Positions 40,158-47,841 of a stretch of DNA of 64,000 nucleotides are shown piece after piece. This DNA comes from Bacteroidetes bacterium GWF2_33_38 (GTDB lineage Bacteria; Bacteroidota; Bacteroidia; Bacteroidales; GWF2-33-38), in assembly GCA_001769505.1 (NCBI GenBank), contig MEOF01000050.1:8962-72961 (forward strand), read 5' to 3'. The translations under genes and the position numbers were made by a program. The notes beneath the pieces were generated by a model. It was not told the origin of the DNA. It searched no databases and was given only the letters and a program-made list of their open reading frames with translations. Position 1 is the first letter of the stretch, and every line of letters begins with the position of its first letter.

Positions 40158-41417
40158 ATGAGATTAGCTTTTATTACATTCCTATTTTTTCAACTATTGG
40201 GGTTAAATGTATTTGCTTCGTCGTTATTGATTCCTATGGACGATAGTCAGAAAAATCACCTTAAAGCTTATGGTATTGCTTATTGGACACTTCAAAACGA
40301 AGTCGAAGTGCAATGGTTGTTAAACTACCGAGGCGGAAGTTTTTTAATTCAAAACTTATCGGATATTCAAAATGAGTGTGTTATCAGAGGAGTTAGTTTT
40401 GAAATAATTGCCGATGTACAGGCTACTCAAATTATGAATGAAATTGCTCAAGCCGATGTAAACATGGATATAGCAAAACTTGAAAAAGCTCCAAAAATTG
40501 CTGTTTACACGCCGAAAAATAAACAACCTTGGGACGATGCCGTTACTTTAGCTTTAACTTACGCAGAAATTCCTTACGATCTAATTTACGATCCCGATAT
40601 AATTGAGGGTAAACTTTCAAATTACGATTGGCTACATCTTCATCATGAGGATTTTACTGGGCAATACGGAAAATTTTACTCAATGTACAAAAGTGCTGCT
40701 TGGTACAAAGAACAGCAATATGAAACCGAAGCCATGGCAAAATCCTTTGGATTTAACAAAGTTTCAAAACTAAAATTATTCATTGTAAAATCGATTAAAG
40801 AATTTGTTTTAAATGGCGGTTTTTTATTTGCAATGTGTTCAGCAACAGATTCGTATGATATTGCTTTAAGTTCTGAAAATACTGATGTTTGTGAGCATAT
40901 GTTTGATGGAGACGCTGCAGATGCTCATATGCAAGAAAAGTTGGATTATTCGCAAACCTTTGCTTTTAAAGATTATACATTGAGTAAAAACCCCTTAGAA
41001 TACGAGTTTTCTAATATTGATGTTTCTACTTCTAGAAAAGTAAATAAAGATGAAGATTATTTTACATTGTTCGAGTTTTCGGCAAAATGGGATCCTATTC
41101 CAACTATGTTGTGTCAAAATCATACAAATATGATTAAGGGATTTATGGGACAAACAACAGCCTATAATAAAAATTTTGTAAAATCGAATGTGTTGGTCAT
41201 GGGCGAAAATAAGTCAGCTAACGAAGCTAGGTATATACATGGCGAATTTGGAAAAGGAACGTGGACTTTTTTTGGAGGACACGACCCCGAAGATTATCAA
41301 CATTATGTGTACGACCCGCCAACCGAACTTGATTTACATCCAAATTCTCCCGGTTATCGTTTAATTTTGAATAATGTTTTATTTCCAGCTGCAAAAAAGA
41401 AAAAGCAAAAAACCTAG
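40158..41417 (+). CDS. Conserved secreted Bacteroidota protein, possible class I amidotransferase-like fold
   Basis: Signal peptide; DWLHLHHEDFTGQYGKF, LFAMCSA, GGHDPED. Confidence 0.7.
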   Translation: MRLAFITFLFFQLLGLNVFASSLLIPMDDSQKNHLKAYGIAYWTLQNEVEVQWLLNYRGGSFLIQNLSDIQNECVIRGVSFEIIADVQATQIMNEIAQADVNMDIAKLEKAPKIAVYTPKNKQPWDDAVTLALTYAEIPYDLIYDPDIIEGKLSNYDWLHLHHEDFTGQYGKFYSMYKSAAWYKEQQYETEAMAKSFGFNKVSKLKLFIVKSIKEFVLNGGFLFAMCSATDSYDIALSSENTDVCEHMFDGDAADAHMQEKLDYSQTFAFKDYTLSKNPLEYEFSNIDVSTSRKVNKDEDYFTLFEFSAKWDPIPTMLCQNHTNMIKGFMGQTTAYNKNFVKSNVLVMGENKSANEARYIHGEFGKGTWTFFGGHDPEDYQHYVYDPPTELDLHPNSPGYRLILNNVLFPAAKKKKQKT

Positions 41418-41446
41418 CGAAAAAATTGCACAGTTTAAAAAAATGT

Positions 41447-42019
41447 ATGGAATCAGTTTATATTGAAGGAAAAACATTTAATAAAATACCGTATTCAAAA
41501 AATCAGTTGAATATAGGCGAGTATGAAAATTGTACATTCATAAATTGCGACTTTTCAAACTCTGACTTTGCTGGAATAAATTTTATGGATTGTGTTTTTG
41601 ATAATTGCAATTTGAGCATGGTTAACTTGGCGAATACTGCTTTTCGTGAAATTACCTTTAGAAATTGCAAAATGCTTGGACTACACTTTGAAAACTGTAA
41701 CAAGTTTGGGTTATCTTTTAATTTTGAAAATACCAGTTTAAATCATTCTTCATTCTATCAAACGAAAATTAAAAAAACGAATTTTAAGAACACATCTCTT
41801 CAAGAAGTTGATTTTAGTGAATGTGATTTGACTAATTCTATTTTTGATAATTGCGACTTTTTGGGAGCAACTTTTGAAAATACATCTATTGAAAATGCTG
41901 ACCTAGAGACATCATTCAATTATGCAATTGATCCTATCTCAAATCGAATAAAAAAGGCTAAATTTTCTTTGTCTGGAATTTCAGGATTATTGGTTAATTT
42001 TGATGTCATAATTGTGTGA
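41447..42019 (+). CDS. Pentapeptide repeat protein
   Basis: Repeated F/L-x-x-C/T-x pentads; start placed at MESVY. Confidence 0.9.
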   Translation: MESVYIEGKTFNKIPYSKNQLNIGEYENCTFINCDFSNSDFAGINFMDCVFDNCNLSMVNLANTAFREITFRNCKMLGLHFENCNKFGLSFNFENTSLNHSSFYQTKIKKTNFKNTSLQEVDFSECDLTNSIFDNCDFLGATFENTSIENADLETSFNYAIDPISNRIKKAKFSLSGISGLLVNFDVIIV

Positions 42020-42028
42020 ATTAGCAAC

Positions 42029-43156
42029 TTAACTACAACCACCTTGAACGGATTTCTTCTTATTTTCACCTGATTTAGATTTCGTTGCAGGAGAGGAAAT
42101 TTTTGAAGTCTGTACAGGCACAGACAACTCGTCGAAAAAATTTTTATCGTTTTCGCCTTCAGCGTATTCGAAATCGTTCACATTTTCTTCTGCATTAAAA
42201 ACTGGCCACCCGTACTCTTTCATCTTATCGTAAATCATGCCATTTGCTCCAAACAAAACTGACTTAGCATCGTAACCTAATGTACGTAAATAAGCAACAA
42301 CAAAAGCAGAATATTGTCCTGTACCACAATAAACAACAATTTGTTTATCGGTTGGCAATGTTCTAAGCAAAGTGTTTAATTGCAAATCTTTAAGAGGCTC
42401 GTAATTAACACTTCCATTAATATGAGCAGCATCATATTTTGATTTTGACCAAAAACTTAAAATATAGTATAAGTTTTGATTTGCAAAAACATCTTCAATA
42501 TTTGCTTTAAAAGCGGCATCTTCTGTAAAAAGATAACTGATACGAGATTCTAAAATTTTTGATGCTGATTTTTGATCGGTTTTAATTTCAGGTAAATTTT
42601 GAGGAGCTTGTTTTTCGGTGTTTTCTTTTACAAAATATGGAGCATATTTGTTTGAAGTATTTTTCATCCAAAAATCCTTGGCAAAATCTTTATTCCAAGA
42701 ACTCATTCCCCATCTCATCGAATATACATTACTGTATCCTGCCAATCGGAGTAAACCTGAATAATATGCCGACATCTGTCCGCTATAACACACAATCACA
42801 ATTTTTTGAAACATATATGGATTTATGTTATTTGAAAAATAGTTTAATAAATTTTTAAACTCAACGTTTTTGGCTCCTGGTATATGACCAGCTTGAAAAA
42901 AATCTGTATTTCTGATATCAATGATGTGATATTGAGAGTTTTTGAAATTTGAATTTATTTCTTCAGCATCAATTAAAAAAGGAGCTTTGGCATCTTGAAT
43001 AATATTTCCGTATTTTTCGACATACGCAATTAATTTTTCACTTTCAGATTTTAAGATATTGTCTTCGCTGTACGAAGGTATAATTATGCTTTCATCCTCT
43101 TTTGAACAAGCTATAAATAAAATAGATACTAATGCGTAAATTAAAACTGTTTTCAT
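42029..43156 (-). CDS. Tandem-rhodanese lipoprotein with C-terminal KKKSVQGGCS arm
   Basis: Lipobox FIAC; GHIPGA, VCYSGQ, AHINGS, YCGTGQ. Confidence 0.88.
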   Translation of the reverse strand: MKTVLIYALVSILFIACSKEDESIIIPSYSEDNILKSESEKLIAYVEKYGNIIQDAKAPFLIDAEEINSNFKNSQYHIIDIRNTDFFQAGHIPGAKNVEFKNLLNYFSNNINPYMFQKIVIVCYSGQMSAYYSGLLRLAGYSNVYSMRWGMSSWNKDFAKDFWMKNTSNKYAPYFVKENTEKQAPQNLPEIKTDQKSASKILESRISYLFTEDAAFKANIEDVFANQNLYYILSFWSKSKYDAAHINGSVNYEPLKDLQLNTLLRTLPTDKQIVVYCGTGQYSAFVVAYLRTLGYDAKSVLFGANGMIYDKMKEYGWPVFNAEENVNDFEYAEGENDKNFFDELSVPVQTSKISSPATKSKSGENKKKSVQGGCS

Positions 43157-43185
43157 GAATAAAATTTTTTATTTTTCAAAATTGA

Positions 43186-43800
43186 TTAACTACAACCGCC
43201 CTGAACCGATTTTTTCTTTTTCCCTTCTGATTTCACAGATACGCTTATTTTACTTGACGAAGAGCTTGATTCTTGACTTCCAGAAGTTTGCATCATTTTG
43301 CTGTAATCATACAATAAAATTTCGTCGTTATATGCAGTCCCTTTGGGTGAATATTTTTTAATTATATTGTTCGAAAAATAGTCGAGTCCGCCTTGTAGAA
43401 CAAATATATTTTTAATCCCGAATTGTGTTAAAAGCATCCAAACTTGATTTGCCAAAATACCATTGTTACAATAAAAAACTTTTTTAACATCTGACTTATA
43501 AAACTCTATACTTTCTTCATTTAAAATTTTATGAATAGGAATATTAACTGCATTTTCGAGATGAAATGTATTAAACATATCTTCGTTGCGAACATCAACA
43601 AATACAACATTCGATTTTTTTTCTAATATGCTTTCGGCTGCATCAATCGGAGACATGTTTTTAGACAACTCTTTAGACTCTGTTAAAAATTCTTTTGCAT
43701 TTATTTGAAAATCAAAATCATCGGAATTTGCAGAAATTATAATAATAAAAATAATTCCAATTAAGGATAATAGCCCTATAACAACATTTGTTTTTTTCAT
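43186..43800 (-). CDS. Membrane-anchored rhodanese with C-terminal KKKKSVQGGCS arm
   Basis: N-terminal TM, FVDVR, HLENAVNIP, FYCNNG, LQGG; start placed at MKKTN (ATG 43800). Confidence 0.88.
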   Translation of the reverse strand: MKKTNVVIGLLSLIGIIFIIIISANSDDFDFQINAKEFLTESKELSKNMSPIDAAESILEKKSNVVFVDVRNEDMFNTFHLENAVNIPIHKILNEESIEFYKSDVKKVFYCNNGILANQVWMLLTQFGIKNIFVLQGGLDYFSNNIIKKYSPKGTAYNDEILLYDYSKMMQTSGSQESSSSSSKISVSVKSEGKKKKSVQGGCS

Positions 43801-43875
43801 CTCTCTATATATATTTATATCTGTATGTTTCTTTTTAAAAAAAGGCAAAACCAATTTTGCCCTATCTTTTTTCAT

Positions 43876-44346
43876 TTATTCTTCGTCAAATGAAGTAGTG
43901 TATGTTTTTGTATCAATATCTGAGTTTCTGTTGTACGATTGGCTTGATGAGCCAGAACCATACGATTTATGTCTTGAATTACTATTGCTACTAATATTAC
44001 GCCCAATGGATTTAATATAGTTGTTCAATTTAATTTCATAGGCTTCTATTTCGGTCATTAACAAGTTTAAATCATCGTCAGAAATCAAATTTCTAAGCGA
44101 AGCTTTTGTAAGCCACGTTTTTGTTTCAAACAAAGAACCTCTTGCATTGTAGCCATAAGATTTTGATTCTTTTTGGCTGTAACGACCAAACCCTACTGCG
44201 ATATTTGTTGCTATGCAATCTGCCGCTAATATTAATTCTTTTCCGATAGTTTCTTTACTAAATGCTTCCCAAGTATTGATTAATTTCCAAATTTTGTCGG
44301 ATAATTCGTTGGCTGTTTGGTAAACTACTAATTCTTCTAATCTCAT
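43876..44346 (-). CDS. Four helix bundle protein (23S rRNA IVS-protein family) with Ser-rich tail
   Basis: LEEL.VY, AAD.IA.NIA.G.GRY, ARGSLFETKTWL. Confidence 0.9.
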   Translation of the reverse strand: MRLEELVVYQTANELSDKIWKLINTWEAFSKETIGKELILAADCIATNIAVGFGRYSQKESKSYGYNARGSLFETKTWLTKASLRNLISDDDLNLLMTEIEAYEIKLNNYIKSIGRNISSNSNSRHKSYGSGSSSQSYNRNSDIDTKTYTTSFDEE

Positions 44347-44397
44347 AATATTGAAATGGTTAAAGTTTATCTATTACAAATTTAATGTAATAAATAA

Positions 44398-45018
44398 TTA
44401 ACTACAACCGCCTTGAACTGCTTTTTTACTCTTTTTTGACGTATTAACTTGAATTGCTGTTGAACTACTAGAATTTTGTTGACTTTCAATTTTTACTCCA
44501 GTAAAAAATTGTTTTGCCGCAAGTCTGAAATTATATAATTCAAACTCTTGCTTTGAGTCTATACTGTTGGGAAGCGTTGGATTAATGATTGTTGCAATCC
44601 ATTCGTTAATGCCTCCTTTTAGAACATAGCAGTTTTTATAACCCATTTGACGAGTTAGCATCCATGCTTCAGTAGCGAGAGTTGTTCCATTTGAATAAAA
44701 AATACTTTTCATTCCCGCTTGGTCTATATATGAAATCCAGTTTTCGGAAAATAAACTATCAATAGGTATGTTAATGGCATTTGGTAAAAAGAATTTCTCA
44801 TATTCTTTTGCATCTCTTAAATCGATTAAAATAATTGAAGGGTCATTATCAATTATACTTTTAGCCAAATTATCAACAGAAATAAGATGCCCCGTTTTTT
44901 GAATTTCTTGAAGCATTTGCTTCGCATCTAGCTTTTGATGAGATCTCGTAGGAGATAATAATAAACCTATTGAAGCTACGAGTAAAATGCAAATCAAAAT
45001 AATATCTAATTTTTTCAT
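44398..45018 (-). CDS. Membrane-anchored rhodanese-like protein (no active-site Cys) with C-terminal KKAVQGGCS arm
   Basis: N-terminal TM, LIDLR, LPNAINIP, FYSNG, LKGG. Confidence 0.85.
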   Translation of the reverse strand: MKKLDIILICILLVASIGLLLSPTRSHQKLDAKQMLQEIQKTGHLISVDNLAKSIIDNDPSIILIDLRDAKEYEKFFLPNAINIPIDSLFSENWISYIDQAGMKSIFYSNGTTLATEAWMLTRQMGYKNCYVLKGGINEWIATIINPTLPNSIDSKQEFELYNFRLAAKQFFTGVKIESQQNSSSSTAIQVNTSKKSKKAVQGGCS

Positions 45019-45028
45019 AAATGATATT

Positions 45029-45649
45029 TTAAAGTCCTAAATCTTCAATTTTTGCAACAGGATTTTTATCGTTTAACGCTTTTTGAATTTTTGTTACAAC
45101 AACAAAGGCAACAATAGCAACTAGAGTAACAATGAAAATGAATAAACCATCAGAAATACCAATCCATTCAGCAATATTTACTTGTCCTAAACTGCCTGAA
45201 TTTCTTAATTTTTCAAAAATTGTTTCATAAGAAAAAGCATATCCTAGAACTCCAATTAAAACTCCAACAACGAATACAATTCCGTCAATTTTTCCAGTTG
45301 CAGCAGCACAAACGCTTGTTCCTGGGCAAAATCCACCAACTACAAATCCTAAAGCCATAATAATTCCGGCAACCACAGTTGGTATCCAAAATGTTTGAGG
45401 ATAAAAAGTTAATTTTATGTCCATCAAACCGTATGAATTCATTAGAAATAAACCAATTGCAGCGGTTAATGCAGCAGTGAAAAATACTTTCAAAACTACA
45501 AAATCATATCCGTAAAAAACTCCTGCTAGTTTTCGTGTATTTGTAAATCCAGCTCCTTCTAACGCAAGTCCAAATCCAGTTCCGATGAAAAATGCGAGTA
45601 ACAAATTTATTGTTTCGCTAATTAATTCTTGAGGAAATAATGGTCCCAT
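45029..45649 (-). CDS. YeeE/YedE sulfur-compound transporter subunit
   Basis: G..FG..LE.AGF, GGFCPGT; multi-TM. Confidence 0.9.
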   Translation of the reverse strand: MGPLFPQELISETINLLLAFFIGTGFGLALEGAGFTNTRKLAGVFYGYDFVVLKVFFTAALTAAIGLFLMNSYGLMDIKLTFYPQTFWIPTVVAGIIMALGFVVGGFCPGTSVCAAATGKIDGIVFVVGVLIGVLGYAFSYETIFEKLRNSGSLGQVNIAEWIGISDGLFIFIVTLVAIVAFVVVTKIQKALNDKNPVAKIEDLGL

Positions 45650-45661
45650 AATTTTAATTTT

Positions 45662-46189
45662 TTAAATCCATAATTTTCTAACAAAATACGCAAATGCGTA
45701 TCCACCGCCAAACACAGCAATTAATCCAATATATCCCGAAAGTGCATTTACTGCCATTCCCGACATAATTAAACCCGAAGTGCAACCTCGTCCAAGTTGT
45801 GAGCCAACTCCCCATAGAATTCCGCCAAAAACTGCTGCAATTAATCGAGTTTTATTGGTGATTTTTGGTGATTTTCCAACATTAAATGATAATCGGTTGA
45901 AATATGCTGCCGAAATTACCGCTCCAGCAATAACGCCTAAAACTTCAAAAATTAACCAAGAATTCAATGGACTTTCTGAGCCTTCTTGAACCGATGGTGC
46001 AAAATATGCTGCATCTTTAGCATAATCGTGGGCAACAGCATCAACCCCAGCAATGGCTATACTTTTGAAAGCACCACTTCCTCCAAGACCTTCGCCCGAA
46101 AAATAGTATGCTGCAATCATCATTAATCCAATAACAAAACCTGCTAAGTATGGGTTCCAATATTGATTTCTTTTAGATTTTTCTTCCAT
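45662..46189 (-). CDS. YeeE/YedE sulfur-compound transporter subunit
   Basis: WNPYLAG, LGGSG, GRGCTSG. Confidence 0.9.
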   Translation of the reverse strand: MEEKSKRNQYWNPYLAGFVIGLMMIAAYYFSGEGLGGSGAFKSIAIAGVDAVAHDYAKDAAYFAPSVQEGSESPLNSWLIFEVLGVIAGAVISAAYFNRLSFNVGKSPKITNKTRLIAAVFGGILWGVGSQLGRGCTSGLIMSGMAVNALSGYIGLIAVFGGGYAFAYFVRKLWI

Positions 46190-46196
46190 TATTTTT

Positions 46197-46353
46197 CAAT
46201 TAGTAATTAACAATTAATAATTTTCAATTAATACATTTTTTTCAATCTTCTAATTAGCACATTACCACATTACCAAATTAGCACATTCTAATTTCCAACT
46301 TCTGACTTCTGTATTCTGTATTCTTTTTTCACTTTTAGTTTTTAACTTTTCAC
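46197..46353 (-). repeat. Composite short-period repeat element (modules E, A, B, C) in the psrC-yeeE spacer
   Basis: Reverse-complement matches to 4370-4477; module A as at 23821. Confidence 0.8.
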
Positions 46354-47295
46354 TTAATAAAGGTATCTACTGGCTTGACCTGCATAAACAATTATTAATC
46401 TCAATAATAAACTTCCCGAAATAATTAAAATACTAGGGAGATATGCTGGAATATGTTTTCCTCGTAATTCCATAATTTCCAATATTGCAGGAACAATCAT
46501 TCCAAGAAAAACTACAAAAACCCAGAAAGGAAGAGTATATTCCCCGCCTAAAAATAGATTTGCTGCATCAATTTGTGCTTGCGAACTTGCCAAAAATCCC
46601 ATAAACATATGCACAATGAAAAACATTTCAACTCCAATAATTCCCAAATCAATTTTACTATAAAGAGTTCTTTCGATTTTATTTTTAGAAATCATCATTA
46701 TGAAAGCCGCTCCAGCAGAAAGACCTGAAGTTAAGAACAGTGGTCCTAAAATTGATGTATTCCACAATGGTCTAGCATTGAATGCTGAAAGTAAAATTCC
46801 TGTATAAATTCCTAAAATTATTGATGAAAATAATAAAATCCAAGCCATCGGTTTTCGTTGTTTCGTAAACCAAGCTAATAGATTGTCGATAATTTTGAAT
46901 TTCCAATCCCATTTAGGGAAAATTTCTTTCAAATATGTTGCACTCCAAATTATTGATAACGGTGTAACAATCATTAAAATCCAAGCACCCCAAGACATAG
47001 GAGATTCAATACGAATAGTAGTATATAATCGCCAAAAATACAATTTATGGCTTAAGTCTATAAATAAAAATAACAATCCAATTGATAAAATAAATGGAGT
47101 AAACATCGGAGCAATTTTAATGCTTGCCTTAAAGTCATTTTCTTTACCTGTAAGGTAAAAATACGATGCAAAAAAGAGGATTCCAGCTGCTAAGCCACCT
47201 AAAAATAAATAAGCAGGAATTTCCCAGCCCCAAATATGTAATATCGGGTCAATATGAGGATTTAGTCTTCCGCTAACAATAATTTCTTCTCTCAT
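46354..47295 (-). CDS. psrC: NrfD/PsrC-family membrane anchor
   Basis: WGWEIPAYLFLGG, SPMSWGAW, YTGILL, RPLWN. Confidence 0.9.
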   Translation of the reverse strand: MREEIIVSGRLNPHIDPILHIWGWEIPAYLFLGGLAAGILFFASYFYLTGKENDFKASIKIAPMFTPFILSIGLLFLFIDLSHKLYFWRLYTTIRIESPMSWGAWILMIVTPLSIIWSATYLKEIFPKWDWKFKIIDNLLAWFTKQRKPMAWILLFSSIILGIYTGILLSAFNARPLWNTSILGPLFLTSGLSAGAAFIMMISKNKIERTLYSKIDLGIIGVEMFFIVHMFMGFLASSQAQIDAANLFLGGEYTLPFWVFVVFLGMIVPAILEIMELRGKHIPAYLPSILIISGSLLLRLIIVYAGQASRYLY

Positions 47296-47305
47296 ACTTG
47301 TATCT

Positions 47306-47839
47306 TTAAATTAAAAAATATAATTGAGGTTTTGTTCCTGCCTCTGGTATTAATGTTTTGTATTTTCTTAATTTCATAATTTTTGAAACGTCGCTATTTT
47401 CATCGTCCAAATCGCCAAAATATAAACATTTGGTAGGGCAAACTTCAACGCAGGCAGGCAATTCGCCTTTCTCAATTTTATGAATGCAGAACGTGCATTT
47501 ATCAACATAGCCATCGGGGTGAGTGTATCTTGCATCGTATGGGCAAGAAGCAATACAAGCTCCACAACCGATGCACTCGTTATGAGTAACTGTTACAATT
47601 CCGCCTTCTTCGTAATGACTCGCCCCTGTAGGGCAACAGCGAACACAAGGTGAATTATCACAATGATTACATCTTTCCGATCGGAGCTCGATTTCTAATT
47701 GTGGGTAAGTTCCATCGGTTACTTCAACAATCCAATCTCTACAAAATCCTATCGGAACATTATTTTCAGTTTGGCATGCAACAACACAGTCGCTACATCC
47801 TACACACTTTCGTGTATCAATTGCCATTGCATATCTCAT
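47306..47839 (-). CDS. psrB: 4x[4Fe-4S] electron transfer subunit
   Basis: CVGCSDCVVAC, CNHC..SPCVRCCP, CIGCGACIASCP, KCTFC...PACVEVCP. Confidence 0.92.
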   Translation of the reverse strand: MRYAMAIDTRKCVGCSDCVVACQTENNVPIGFCRDWIVEVTDGTYPQLEIELRSERCNHCDNSPCVRCCPTGASHYEEGGIVTVTHNECIGCGACIASCPYDARYTHPDGYVDKCTFCIHKIEKGELPACVEVCPTKCLYFGDLDDENSDVSKIMKLRKYKTLIPEAGTKPQLYFLI

Positions 47840-47841
47840 GG

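Noticed and set aside
41447-42019. Qnr quinolone-resistance gene
   Set aside because: Generic pentapeptide repeat protein; a resistance function cannot be supported from sequence alone
43801-43875. N-terminal extension of the 229-aa rhodanese ORF
   Set aside because: The ATG at 43800 gives a typical MKK plus TM start; the extension looks like translated intergenic sequence
43876-44346. Diversity-generating retroelement (Avd-like helical bundle gene)
   Set aside because: No reverse transcriptase and no template/variable repeat pair with adenine-specific mismatches in the window
42029-44435. Possible selenocysteine in the GGCS tails
   Set aside because: All three read TGT AGT TAA; there is no in-frame TGA
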